Notes under the pieces: generated by a model | Told to the model about the DNA's origin: nothing | What the model saw: the letters and a program-made list of their open reading frames with translations, nothing else | The model's database searches: none | Shown: positions 17,756-27,020 of the stretch, piece by piece | How positions within the stretch are numbered: the stretch's first letter is position 1 | How the letters are laid out: the number at the start of each line of letters is the position of its first letter | Assembly (NCBI GenBank): GCA_049510745.1 | Contig: JBEKYR010000003.1 | Coordinates: forward strand, 189,269-253,268 | DNA from: Verrucomicrobiota bacterium | GTDB lineage: Bacteria > Verrucomicrobiota > Verrucomicrobiia > Limisphaerales > Palsa-1400 | DNA: 64,000 nt | Direction: 5' to 3' | Translations under genes and position numbers: made by a program

Positions 17756-19405
17756 GTGAGCGATGTGTTCGTGAGAGTTTTTTGGGCTGTGCTGCTTTGC
17801 CTGGCGCTGGGCCTCCGCCCGCTTTGCGGGGCGGATTCCGGCCGCTCGGTCGTTCTTATTTACAACTCGCTCCTGCCCGAATCCAGGGACGTTGCCCGCC
17901 ATTACGCGGCCGTCCGAAATGTTCCGCCCGGCCAAATCATCGGCCTGGACCTGCCCGCCGGAGAGACGATGACGCGCGCCGAGTACCGCGGTGAGTTGGA
18001 GGCGCCGCTGCTGGATTTCCTCCAACGCCAGACGCTGATGGTCTTTCCGCCGGCCGCCGCCTCCACCAACACTGTCAAACCCATCGAAGCCAAAGTGCGC
18101 TACGCCGTGCTCTGCTTTGGTGTGCCCCTGCGAATCGCCGAGGACTCCTCGTTGCGCGAACCGGGCGCGGACACCCTTGCCGAAGGCGTCCGCCGCAACG
18201 GGGCGGCGGTCGATTCCGAGTTATGCCTCCTCCCATCGCGGGACCCGGCCCGCCTCCTGGCCGGGCCGCTGCTCAGTCCGTGGTACGGGACGACCAACCC
18301 CCTGGCTTTGAGTCCGACCAACGGCCTGCTCCTGGTCGCGCGCCTGGACGGTCCCACCGCCGCCATCGCCCGCCAATTGGTGGACAAAGCGATCGACGCG
18401 GAAACCAACGGCCTTTGGGGCCGCGCTTACTTTGACCTGCGCGGCCTGACCAACGGCGATTACAGGAAAGGCGACGATTGGATCGGGGCCGCCGCCGACA
18501 TGACCCGCCGTTTTGGCTTTGAAACCGTGGTCGATAACCAGCCGGAAACTTTCTCCGCCGCCTTTCCCATGAGCCAGATTGCCCTCTACGCCGGTTGGTA
18601 CGATGCAAACGTCTCCGGCCCCTTCGCGCGGCCCAAGGTCGAGTTCATGCCGGGCGCCTTTGCCTACCATCTTCACTCGGCCAGCGCGCAATCCCTGCGG
18701 ACCAGCACCGAACATTGGTGCGGCCCGTTGCTCGCCGCCGGCGTGACCGCGACGATGGGCTGCGTCGATGAGCCGTATCTGGACGGCACTCCCAACGTGG
18801 CGGTCTTCTTCGCCCGATGGTTGCTGGAAGGATTCAGCTTTGGCGAGGCCGCCTACGCCTGTCAACACGCCTTGTCCTGGCAGACCACGGTGATCGGCGA
18901 CCCGCTCTACCGGCCCTTCGGCAAGGACCCGCGCGCGCAACACCAAGCCTTGCTCCGCCGGCACAGCCCGTTGATCGAATGGTCCCATCTCCGGGTCGTC
19001 AACTTGAACCTGGCGCTCGGCTCCACCCCCGCCGAACTGGCCCAATACCTCAAGGAACAGGACGCCACCCGCCGCAGCGCCGTGCTCAACGAAAAACTGG
19101 CGGACCTCTGCCAGGCGGCGGGTCAATACGATGCATCCATCGCAGCCTGCCGCCAGGCCCTCCGCCTCGATCCGACCCCGCAGCAACGGGTGCGCCTGAC
19201 GTTCAGCCTGGCCGACAAGCTCGCCGCCGCCGGCAAAGACTCGGAAGTCCTGGCGCTTTACGACAGTTTCCTGAAAAAAAACCCGGACTACCCGGACTCC
19301 CTCGCCCTCTACAAAAAGCTGCAGGCGCTGGCCACCCGGCTCCACCAGCCCGCCCAGGCCGAAGAATACGCGCGGGAAATTCAAAAGCGGACGCCGGCCA
19401 AGTAA
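17756..19405 (+). CDS. TIGR03790-like protein (exosortase-genome associated) with C-terminal TPR
   Basis: VARHYAAVRNVP, AAVDSEL, VARLDGP, YAGWY, GAFAYHLHSASA, TMGCVDEPYL, LSWQTTVIGDPLYRPF. Confidence 0.8.
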   Translation: MSDVFVRVFWAVLLCLALGLRPLCGADSGRSVVLIYNSLLPESRDVARHYAAVRNVPPGQIIGLDLPAGETMTRAEYRGELEAPLLDFLQRQTLMVFPPAAASTNTVKPIEAKVRYAVLCFGVPLRIAEDSSLREPGADTLAEGVRRNGAAVDSELCLLPSRDPARLLAGPLLSPWYGTTNPLALSPTNGLLLVARLDGPTAAIARQLVDKAIDAETNGLWGRAYFDLRGLTNGDYRKGDDWIGAAADMTRRFGFETVVDNQPETFSAAFPMSQIALYAGWYDANVSGPFARPKVEFMPGAFAYHLHSASAQSLRTSTEHWCGPLLAAGVTATMGCVDEPYLDGTPNVAVFFARWLLEGFSFGEAAYACQHALSWQTTVIGDPLYRPFGKDPRAQHQALLRRHSPLIEWSHLRVVNLNLALGSTPAELAQYLKEQDATRRSAVLNEKLADLCQAAGQYDASIAACRQALRLDPTPQQRVRLTFSLADKLAAAGKDSEVLALYDSFLKKNPDYPDSLALYKKLQALATRLHQPAQAEEYAREIQKRTPAK

Positions 19406-19409
19406 GAAC

Positions 19410-19793
19410 TTATTTTTTCCCTTTCGGGTACTTCACGCCGCCGCGGTTGAGCATCGCCCTTATTACCGCATAAACCCTCTCCTGCTCCTCCGGCGGCGCC
19501 CGCCGCAACATCTCGATCAGGCCGCGCTCCCTCTGGCTCAGCCTGCCGTGATCCGGCTTGGGCCCCGCCTGCCCCTCCTTCAACTCAAAGGCCGCCTCGA
19601 ACAGGTCCGGCCGCTCGCTGGCAATGATCAACTTGAGCAATTGCAGCATGGTTTGCGTCGGCCTGTTGGGGTGATCGGGATTGACCAGATGATTGATGGC
19701 GCTGGGGGTTTTGCGCAACCGCCGCGCCGCCTCGCTCTGCGTCCATCCCATCAGGTCGATCAACCGCTTGAATTCAGCCTTTTCGGGGTCCAT
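19410..19793 (-). CDS. XRE-family HTH regulator (phage-type repressor)
   Basis: MGWTQSEAARRLRKTPSAINHLVN helix-turn-helix; divergent from the gam operon. Confidence 0.75.
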   Translation of the reverse strand: MDPEKAEFKRLIDLMGWTQSEAARRLRKTPSAINHLVNPDHPNRPTQTMLQLLKLIIASERPDLFEAAFELKEGQAGPKPDHGRLSQRERGLIEMLRRAPPEEQERVYAVIRAMLNRGGVKYPKGKK

Positions 19794-19804
19794 TTTTAAA
19801 AAAA

Positions 19805-19864
19805 TGTTATCGGATAACAAATAATCGCTTGACTTTATCGCATAATATCTGTTACCTGATAACA
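19805..19864. promoter_or_regulatory. Three 15-bp operator-like palindromes in the divergent promoter region
   Basis: TGTTATCGGATAACA (19805, perfect), CTTTATCGCATAATA (19833, degenerate), TGTTACCTGATAACA (19850); TTGACT at 19829. Confidence 0.65.
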
Positions 19865-19954
19865 GTATGACGCTGCGGCGCCGGAATGCAATGAAAAAAA
19901 GTGGAAAAAACAGCGGCCGGCGCGGTGTCGCGGCCGCGGGCGGGGGCTTTTCGC

Positions 19955-20185
19955 ATGAAAAAAACTGAGGCGACAGACATTTTGGCCCGGCATGTGCTCT
20001 CAGCCCTGCCGGATTCGGTGGCGGCCCGCCGCCAACTCCTCTCCGCCGTGCTGACGGTGTGCCCCGCCTCGCGCTACGCCGGCAGAATCTCTCTCATGCT
20101 CGAACACCTCGAACAACACGCGACCATCAGTTCCAAATTCCAACTTCAATGCGCCCAACGCGCGCCTGAAACTTATGATGAATGA
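19955..20185 (+). CDS. Hypothetical protein (first gene of the gam operon)
   Basis: 76-aa ORF MKKTEATDILARHVLSALPDS..., overlapping the next start. Confidence 0.5.
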   Translation: MKKTEATDILARHVLSALPDSVAARRQLLSAVLTVCPASRYAGRISLMLEHLEQHATISSKFQLQCAQRAPETYDE

Positions 20186-20792
20186 ACTTATTCAAACCGG
20201 AAAATCTTTGGAGGCTGTGTCCCATGACCCACCCACCCAAACCCCCAATTCGGCCCCGCGCCACCGGCGCGCGGCCGAATCCCACCCCGGTGAATTGGAG
20301 ACAACGGACACGGTTGCCAATTCACCGGATTCTTTCGACCCCGTCCTTCGCGCCGTGGAGGAATGCCGCGCCAAACCGGCCGGCGATTTCCAGCGCATCG
20401 TCGTCGTCCTCGCGCCGCCGGACCGCGCCCGGTCGCGCCTGTGCGGCGCGTTGGCCCAACGCTGCGGCGCGACCCTCGTCACCGCCGCATCGATCCGCCA
20501 GCGCCATCTCTTGGAGCAAGTGATGCGCCCGTGTTTCTACGGCGGACGCCCCGTCCTGGCCATCGATCAGGCCGAGTATCTGGGGCGCGAGGAACTCGAC
20601 ACCCTCAAGCTGCTCATCAACCTGACACCCGTCGTGCTTGTGCTCCTGTCCACCGCCCAGGCCTACCGTGCCTGGGATCAGCGTTGGCCGATTGAAGCCC
20701 GCCAAATCCGCCGGCGCGCCCATCTGGTCCTCGAACGGCGGCCCATTAGAGAACTACTCAGTCAATTCATCAGTGAATGGAGGAAATCCTGA
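20175..20792 (+). CDS. Degenerate MuB/AAA-like ATPase
   Basis: Walker B-like VLAIDQAEYL and LDTLKLLIN..PVVLVL; the Walker A position reads LAPPDRARS (no GKT). Confidence 0.55.
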   Translation: MMNELIQTGKSLEAVSHDPPTQTPNSAPRHRRAAESHPGELETTDTVANSPDSFDPVLRAVEECRAKPAGDFQRIVVVLAPPDRARSRLCGALAQRCGATLVTAASIRQRHLLEQVMRPCFYGGRPVLAIDQAEYLGREELDTLKLLINLTPVVLVLLSTAQAYRAWDQRWPIEARQIRRRAHLVLERRPIRELLSQFISEWRKS

Positions 20793-20794
20793 AA

Positions 20795-21343
20795 ATGAGC
20801 AAAAAAGAAAAAGTCCCGACCTGCCTGGTGCTCTCGCGCGAGGCGCTGGAAGCCGCAGTGGCGGAAGTTGCCACCCTGAAAATTCAATACGCCGCCGCCA
20901 AGGCGGCCCTGGAACTGGAAGTCGCCGCCGTGCAGGAACGGCGCCAGGAACACCTGCTCGCCCTGGGCAAACAAATCGAATCCAGGGAAGCGGGCGTCTT
21001 CATCTTCTGCCAGCAACACCGCTCGGAATTGTTCCCGGACAAAAAGTCGATTGACCTTCTCCTGGCCACCGTCGGCTACCGCACCGAGCCGCCCAGCGTC
21101 GAGAAATGCTCCAAGAAAGACACCTGGTCGGCCATCGCCAAGCGGCTCGAGGCATTGGACTGGGGCGTCCGCTACATCACCACGCCCGATCCCGAAGTGG
21201 ACAAAAAGGCGCTTCTGGCCGACCGCGACCGCCTGACCGCCGGGCAACTCTCCGAAGCCGGCATCCGCTTCGAGCAAGACGAATTCTTCTACATCACCCC
21301 CAAATCGGACGTCGCCGAAAAAACCGTGATGGAAGCGGCGTAG
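20795..21343 (+). CDS. gam: Mu Gam-like host-nuclease inhibitor (DNA end-binding)
   Basis: N-terminal coiled coil, KKSIDL..ATVGYRTEPP, PEVDKKALL, GIRFEQDEFFYITP. Confidence 0.85.
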   Translation: MSKKEKVPTCLVLSREALEAAVAEVATLKIQYAAAKAALELEVAAVQERRQEHLLALGKQIESREAGVFIFCQQHRSELFPDKKSIDLLLATVGYRTEPPSVEKCSKKDTWSAIAKRLEALDWGVRYITTPDPEVDKKALLADRDRLTAGQLSEAGIRFEQDEFFYITPKSDVAEKTVMEAA

Positions 21344-21350
21344 GATTCAG
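21333..21350 (+). repeat. 18-bp direct repeat, copy 1 (gam 3' end)
   Basis: AAGCGGCGTAGGATTCAG vs AAGCGGCGTAGGAGTCAG at 21827-21844 (17/18). Confidence 0.8.
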
Positions 21351-21378
21351 AAACCCCAAAAATAAAGGAAAAAGAAAG

Positions 21379-21837
21379 ATGAAAAAATCTGATGTCCGTC
21401 ATTATCAGGACGACTACCGCCGCGCCATGCACCTCGCAAACGACGTCAAGGCAAAGCTTCGCCGCCAAAGAATCACCTTGGAGGAGGCCGCCTACGAAAT
21501 GTTCCTATCCCTGGCCACCATCTGGAAGATAACCGTTGGCCGTCCGGTTTTCAGCGACACCGAAAAAACCGTCCGCAACTGGCTCCAAGGAATGCACCCG
21601 CGCCACCGCACAGACCTGCGCATCGCCAAGGTCATCAAGAGAGACAACCGGCTCACCCCACAAGGAAAAGCGGCGCTCTTGGGCAGACTCCTTGAGGACA
21701 TCTCCCAAACCTTCAGCGGGCATCTCCGCGACCCTCACCCGCCCCGAAAGCCCTTTCCGCCCGTCATAATCACCCGAACTCCACAACGACCCAACCCGGA
21801 ACCAAAACAAATCTTGCAGCCTCAAAAAGCGGCGTAG
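21379..21837 (+). CDS. Hypothetical basic protein
   Basis: AAAGGA upstream of ATG 21379; 152-aa ORF, no family recognised. Confidence 0.6.
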   Translation: MKKSDVRHYQDDYRRAMHLANDVKAKLRRQRITLEEAAYEMFLSLATIWKITVGRPVFSDTEKTVRNWLQGMHPRHRTDLRIAKVIKRDNRLTPQGKAALLGRLLEDISQTFSGHLRDPHPPRKPFPPVIITRTPQRPNPEPKQILQPQKAA

Positions 21838-21844
21838 GAGTCAG
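21827..21844 (+). repeat. 18-bp direct repeat, copy 2
   Basis: Matches 21333-21350 and includes the stop codon of the 21379 ORF. Confidence 0.8.
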
Positions 21845-21957
21845 CCTGTGCATTTTTTCGTCTATGTCGGCAGTCAAGGCTGGCCTGCCAACCATAGCTC
21901 GCGCCGAGCGAGCGAAGGTTGGTCAAGGTCAGTCAAGGCTGCTCAACCGCCTATCCC

Positions 21958-21985
21958 ATTCACTGATTCACTGATTCACTGATTC
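21958..21985. repeat. (ATTCACTG)n micro-array, 3.5 units
   Basis: Direct reading; the same unit occurs at 61533-61588. Confidence 0.9.
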
Positions 21986-21996
21986 TTCTATTGTTC

Positions 21997-22275
21997 TCAA
22001 CGGACCAGATGGAAAAACCCGATAATGAACACCGCCACGACGGCGATTGCGATCGCCCACCAGTACCACCTTATCCCATGCGGCACCGGGGATTTTTTTA
22101 CGTCCAGTTCGCGTTTGACGAAGTCATCGTAGTCGAACGAATCGTCCGGCAGGTTCAGGCCGCTGGCGTAGGCCTCCTCGGACCAGCCGGTCTGTTCGTC
22201 CGCGCCGCATTCCGGGCAGGCCTTCGCGCCGGCGGGGACATCCGCTCCGCAGTTGGGACAGTTTTCCGGGGTCAT
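21997..22275 (-). CDS. Small zinc-ribbon protein with C-terminal TM helix
   Basis: CPNCGADVPAGAKACPECGA, acidic linker, hydrophobic tail. Confidence 0.75.
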   Translation of the reverse strand: MTPENCPNCGADVPAGAKACPECGADEQTGWSEEAYASGLNLPDDSFDYDDFVKRELDVKKSPVPHGIRWYWWAIAIAVVAVFIIGFFHLVR

Positions 22276-22326
22276 GCGCGCGGGAGTTCGCCGGCGGCGG
22301 CAGGCCGCCGCCCCGATGCCGGCTCG

Positions 22327-23091
22327 TCAGTGGGGTTTGGACTGGGAGAATTCCCCGACAATTCCCCGGCCATTCCACATGGCTGGGGACACCGCAGCCG
22401 GGTCCACGCTCCAGCGGGCGGCAAGTTGATTGACCTTTTCCGCAGTGGCGGCCAGCGCCTCGCGCAGAGCAAACGGATTCTGCTCGCCGCCATAGTCCAG
22501 GCACAGCATCTGCAATTCCTTCTCCGCCGCCGTGACCGGCCCCTGGTTCCACAAGGTTTCCCCCGCCCAGGCGTAGGCGCGAAAGACGTGGCCTCTTTCC
22601 ATCAGCGCCCAGCAATGATAGTTGACCACCCGGCTGACGCTGAAAAACTGCAGATGACCCAGCTTCCGGCTGAGGCCGGCCAAAAAGCGGTAGCACGCAT
22701 CCACATCCTCCGCCGGTTCGGGCAAACCCGGCCCGACCACCAGCACCCACCCGGAAATCGGCGGGGAAATGAACAGCTTGTCCTCGCGCGCTTCGGCCAG
22801 GCCCTCTTCCCACGAGCACGGCGTCGGACGGTGCAGATTGAGCGCCGCTTGCACGACGGACGCTCTGGAGGCTTTGACGGCCAGCCAGCGGCTCGGCTGC
22901 TCAAACGGAGAAGAACGCGACGCGCCGGAAAGGGCGGACGACGCCGGCATTTGGCCTGGGAACGGTTGCGACTTCAACCGCGACGCCCGGCGCCAGGCGC
23001 AGCAGATGAAGAATATCCCGGCTCCCAAAACGATCCCCAATGGAATCAGCATCAGGAGCCACGCAACTTCCTTGATCTCCGCCGGGCTCAC
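22327..23091 (-). CDS. Hypothetical membrane-anchored protein
   Basis: N-terminal TM helix plus a globular domain (LFISPPISGWVLVVG, RAYAWAGETLWNQG); GTG start. Confidence 0.7.
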   Translation of the reverse strand: MSPAEIKEVAWLLMLIPLGIVLGAGIFFICCAWRRASRLKSQPFPGQMPASSALSGASRSSPFEQPSRWLAVKASRASVVQAALNLHRPTPCSWEEGLAEAREDKLFISPPISGWVLVVGPGLPEPAEDVDACYRFLAGLSRKLGHLQFFSVSRVVNYHCWALMERGHVFRAYAWAGETLWNQGPVTAAEKELQMLCLDYGGEQNPFALREALAATAEKVNQLAARWSVDPAAVSPAMWNGRGIVGEFSQSKPH

Positions 23092-23309
23092 ACTACGCCT
23101 AAATTACTCTCTGTTTATCCTTCTTCAATCGGAAATCTCATTTTTCCGGCAAAAAACTGCCGGGATAATGCAATATCTTGAATCCTCCGGCGCCATTTGG
23201 CAGGCTGGCGGGCAATTTTTGACACTCAGGATTGGAGGCCTTCGCTGGATTGAACGACTGGCGCTGGCAGGATCAGGCAACGCGCCGGCAAAGCAAAAAA
23301 TAACCGGGT

Positions 23310-24560
23310 TTGACATTTGTGAGAGCCACTCAGAAAGAAGTCTTGGCCATCGCCATTTTCTGCGTCACCTATCTGCTCATCAGCGGGCGGAGCTTGAAGA
23401 TATTGCCGCTGAACCGGCCCGCGGCAGCGTTGTTGGGCACGGTCCTGATGGTGGCCTGCGGGGTCGTGACTCCGCAGCAGGCTTATCGATCCGTCGATTA
23501 TGATACGCTGGTGTTGTTGCTGGGAATGATGCTCATCAGCGCGTATCTTTTCCTGGCGGGATTTTTCGATTGGGCGGCGCACTGGATTTTGCGGCGCGCC
23601 CAAACGCCGCAAGCCCTGCTGCTCTATTTGCTCCTGGCTTCCGGGGTTCTCTCGGCCTTGCTGGTCAACGACGCCGTTTGTCTCATGCTCACTCCCCTGG
23701 TGGTGGCGGTGATCGTTCGTGGCAAACTGCCGCTGCCGCCCTATCTGCTGGCGTTGGCCATGAGCGCCAACGTCGGCAGCGTGGCGACGCTGGTGGGAAA
23801 TCCGCAAAACATGATCATCGGCCATCTCTCGAAAATTCCTTTCGCGCGGTTCTCCGCCTCTCTCTTGCCGGCCGCCGTCGCCGGACTGGTGGTCCAGTAC
23901 CTCATTCTGCGAATCGGCTTTCGCAAGATACTTGGCGAAGCTGCCCTTTGCCGACCGGAAGCCGAACCGGCCAAAGTGGATCGCCGGCTTCTGGTGTTGA
24001 CGTGCGTTGTCCTGGTGCTGGTGTTTGCCGGCTTCGTCGCGGGCCTCGATTTGTCATGGACGGCGCTGGGGGGCGGGGTGGTGCTGATGGTGCTGGGCCG
24101 GCGCGACACCCACGAGGTGCTCAAGTTGGTGGATTGGCACCTGTTGGTTTTTTTCGCCGGGCTGTTCGTCGTCGTGGAGGCGCTCGGCGCCACTGGGTTG
24201 CCCGGCCAAATCTATCAGCATTTTCGCGGCGTCTTTGGAGTTTCCGCCTCGAGTCAGGCCTGGAATCTGGCTTGGTTCTCCGCGCTGGGATCGAACCTCT
24301 TCTCGAACGTTCCCTACGTGCTCCTGGCGGGGAAATGGATGAACAGCTTCGCGCACCCGGACTTGATGTGGAAAGTCATGGCGCTGGCCACGACGTTCGC
24401 GGGCAATCTCACCATCCTCGGCTCGGTTGCCAACATCATCGTGCTGGAATCGGCCCGCCGGCACGTGCAATTTGGCTTTTGGGACTATGCCCGATACGGC
24501 ATCCCAGTCACGATCCTGACGACAGTTGTGGGCCTGTGTGTTCTCCTGTTGCTCGAATAA
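23310..24560 (+). CDS. ArsB/NhaD/CitMHS-superfamily anion transporter
   Basis: [56 protein letters not shown]; many TM helices. Confidence 0.85.
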   Translation: MTFVRATQKEVLAIAIFCVTYLLISGRSLKILPLNRPAAALLGTVLMVACGVVTPQQAYRSVDYDTLVLLLGMMLISAYLFLAGFFDWAAHWILRRAQTPQALLLYLLLASGVLSALLVNDAVCLMLTPLVVAVIVRGKLPLPPYLLALAMSANVGSVATLVGNPQNMIIGHLSKIPFARFSASLLPAAVAGLVVQYLILRIGFRKILGEAALCRPEAEPAKVDRRLLVLTCVVLVLVFAGFVAGLDLSWTALGGGVVLMVLGRRDTHEVLKLVDWHLLVFFAGLFVVVEALGATGLPGQIYQHFRGVFGVSASSQAWNLAWFSALGSNLFSNVPYVLLAGKWMNSFAHPDLMWKVMALATTFAGNLTILGSVANIIVLESARRHVQFGFWDYARYGIPVTILTTVVGLCVLLLLE

Positions 24561-24613
24561 ATGGAAACAAACCGGGCCAAAGGCAGAGAATTCGCAACCT
24601 CACGCGGTGATTC

Positions 24614-26887
24614 TCAATCGCCCTGACCGAGCACGCCGCCCTGGCTGGCATTGCCGACCATCTTCCGGTAGCGCGCCAGCCACCCGGTGAGTTGGCGTTT
24701 GACGGGTTGGAAGGCTTTCTTGCGCTCGGCCAACTCGGTTTCCGGCACGCCGATGTCAATGCGGCGGTTGGGGAAATCGATGCGGATTCGGTCGCCGGGT
24801 TTGAGCAAGCCGATGGGGCCGCCTTCTGCCGCTTCTGGCGAGACGTGGCCAATACAGGCGCCGGCAGTGCCCCCGCTGAAGCGACCGTCAGTGATGAGGG
24901 CGACTTTGTCGCCAAGCCCCATGCCGGCGATGTAGCTTGTGGGCGAAAGCATTTCCTGCATCCCCGGACCGCCCCGCGGACCTTCATTGCGGATGACAAC
25001 CACGTCGCCCGCTTTGACTTTCCCGGCCAGGACGCCTTCGCAAGCTTCCTCCTGGCTCTCGAAAATCACGCACGGCCCCTCGAAGACAAAGTTCTGGCCG
25101 CAATTCTTCTTGAACTCGGCGCTGATGCCGGCGGTTTTAACGACACTGCCTTCGGGCGCCAGTTGACCGTAAAGAATTGCCAGGCCCCCGTCCGGCGAAT
25201 AAGCCGTCGCCTGGGTGCGGATGCAGTCATAAGCGTCGAACCTGAATGCCGAATCGTAAGGAACCAGTCCCGACGGTTGCGCCGCGCTTAAGCGGTCAGG
25301 CCGGAATTCCAGGTAGGCCCGGTGAATCTGGCCGTTTTTGAATTTCGAGACGCGCTGCAAACAGAGCCGTGTCTTGGAGCCGCCTTTGGAGTATTGCCAC
25401 ATGAGGAGCACGGGCGTGCCTTTGAGAGCGGCCAATTCGGCGCGCACCAGGCCTTTGGCCTCCGCCAGCTTTTGCTCCAACCCCGCGCGAATGGCCTCCC
25501 GTCCCCTCAACACAGTCTCCGGCGCAACCACCACTTCGGCATCGTCGGTAAAGAGCAGGGACTGTGTTTCGGCGTCGCCCGCGTTCCAAGCTGCGGCTTT
25601 GCGCCAAAGCGTGATGGCGTGGCCATCGGCGGGCAGGAACATCATGGGCTTGGGCGCCAGATTGCCGCTTTCGGTGCGGGCTGCGGGGCCAAGTTTGTCC
25701 GCCGGGTCGAGCACGATGGCGGAGGCGCCCGAGACACGGGCGGCTTTCGCACAAGGCAGGCAACTCTCCGACCGCACATCCCAGTCGTCGATGTTCCCGC
25801 CCAGCGTCTTGCCGGTGACGGTCCTGCACGAGGTGTTCAGGGCCCCGGCCCGTTTCAACTCGCCAAGAATGGTGTGGATGCCGCCGGCACGATGGATGTC
25901 TTGCAGGTGGTAGCTCGCAGAGGGTGAGACTTTGCACAAGCAGGGGACGCGCCGGGAAATGGCGTCGATGCGCGCGATGTCATACGGGATGCCCGCTTCG
26001 CGCGCGATGGCCAGCGTGTGCAGAATGGTATTGGTGGAACCCCCCATCGCGACGTCCAGGCTCAGGGCGTTGTCGAACGCCTCGAGTGTGGCGATGTCGC
26101 GCGGCTTCAGGTCCGACTCAACCAGCTTGATAATCTGCCGGGCGGCCCAGCGGTAGAGGCTTTCGCGTTCTTTCGATACGGCAAGGATCGTGCCGTTGCC
26201 GGGCAAGGCCATGCCGAGCGCCTCGCACAAACAGTTCATCGAGTTGGCGGTGAACATGCCCGAGCAGGAACCGCAGGTCGGGCAGGCGCTCTGTTCGAGC
26301 TTCTTCAAGTCCGCTTCGGTGATTTTGCCGGTCTGCAACTGGCCGACTCCTTGAAAGACAGAGATGAGATCCGATGTTTTCGCCGCGGGTTGCAGATGCG
26401 CCGGAAGCTCGCCCTGCCCGGCGGCAGCTTCCGCGATGCCCGCAGCCATCGGCCCGCCGCTGACAAAAATGGCCGGGATGTTCACGCGCATGGCGCCCAT
26501 CAACATGCCGGGGACGATCTTGTCGCAGTTCGGGATGCAAACCATCCCATCGAAACAATGCGCCATGACCATGGATTCGACGCAATCGGCAATGAGTTCG
26601 CGCGAGGGCAGCGAATACTTCATGCCGCCGTGGCCCATGGCGATCCCGTCATCAATGCCGATCGTGTTAAAGATGAACGGCACGCCCCCCGCCTCACGCA
26701 CCAGGCGCTTCACCAACATGCCAACTTCGTTCAGGTGGGCGTGGCCGGGGATGCAATCGGTGTAGCTGTTGCAGATGGCGATGAACGGCTTGTTGAAGTC
26801 CTCTTCTGACTCGATGGAGCCGGTGGCCCGCAGCAGGCTGCGATGCGGCGCGCGTTCGGCGCCTTTTTTAATCATGTCAGAGCGCAT
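24614..26887 (-). CDS. ilvD: Dihydroxy-acid dehydratase with an internal SnoaL/NTF2-like insertion
   Basis: [81 protein letters not shown]; 757 aa. Confidence 0.95.
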   Translation of the reverse strand: MRSDMIKKGAERAPHRSLLRATGSIESEEDFNKPFIAICNSYTDCIPGHAHLNEVGMLVKRLVREAGGVPFIFNTIGIDDGIAMGHGGMKYSLPSRELIADCVESMVMAHCFDGMVCIPNCDKIVPGMLMGAMRVNIPAIFVSGGPMAAGIAEAAAGQGELPAHLQPAAKTSDLISVFQGVGQLQTGKITEADLKKLEQSACPTCGSCSGMFTANSMNCLCEALGMALPGNGTILAVSKERESLYRWAARQIIKLVESDLKPRDIATLEAFDNALSLDVAMGGSTNTILHTLAIAREAGIPYDIARIDAISRRVPCLCKVSPSASYHLQDIHRAGGIHTILGELKRAGALNTSCRTVTGKTLGGNIDDWDVRSESCLPCAKAARVSGASAIVLDPADKLGPAARTESGNLAPKPMMFLPADGHAITLWRKAAAWNAGDAETQSLLFTDDAEVVVAPETVLRGREAIRAGLEQKLAEAKGLVRAELAALKGTPVLLMWQYSKGGSKTRLCLQRVSKFKNGQIHRAYLEFRPDRLSAAQPSGLVPYDSAFRFDAYDCIRTQATAYSPDGGLAILYGQLAPEGSVVKTAGISAEFKKNCGQNFVFEGPCVIFESQEEACEGVLAGKVKAGDVVVIRNEGPRGGPGMQEMLSPTSYIAGMGLGDKVALITDGRFSGGTAGACIGHVSPEAAEGGPIGLLKPGDRIRIDFPNRRIDIGVPETELAERKKAFQPVKRQLTGWLARYRKMVGNASQGGVLGQGD

Positions 26888-26937
26888 AGTGTTTTCATTT
26901 TGCGTGGGAAGGGGAAATCTCCCGTCCACGCAGTCGT

Positions 26938-27009
26938 GTTGGTAGGAGTTATCAGCTCGGAAATACTCCGGCGGTTTTCCCTTGCAGGATGGCAAACTCC
27001 ATTGCCGAT
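26938..27009 (-). ncRNA. Fluoride riboswitch (crcB motif) in the ilvD leader
   Basis: Minus strand GGCAATGGAGTTTGCC...AAACCGCCGGAGTATTTCCGAGCTGATAACTCCTACC: P1 GGCAA/TTGCC, pseudoknot GGAGTT/AACTCC, conserved AAACCGC and GCTGAT..CTCCTAC. Confidence 0.88.
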
Positions 27010-27020
27010 GGATCGCGCTC

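Larger units (their letters stand above)
19410..21844. mobile_element. Mu-like transposable-phage early-region remnant
   Basis: Order is repressor, then divergently small ORF, MuB-like ATPase, gam and an ORF; no transposase, structural or lysis genes seen. Confidence 0.7.

Noticed and set aside
19867..19968. Ner/Cro-like gene
   Set aside because: Only a 33-codon low-complexity ORF with no HTH; cannot be supported.
19410..21844. Intact prophage or active transposon
   Set aside because: No integrase or transposase, terminal repeats, or virion genes were recognised.
25241..25770. Intein in IlvD (insert contains CLP near its start)
   Set aside because: No terminal His-Asn followed by Cys/Ser/Thr and no recognisable intein blocks; the content fits a SnoaL-like domain.
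26901..26932. Intrinsic terminator as riboswitch expression platform
   Set aside because: The hairpin is real but lacks a U-tract on the transcribed strand; the mechanism is left open.
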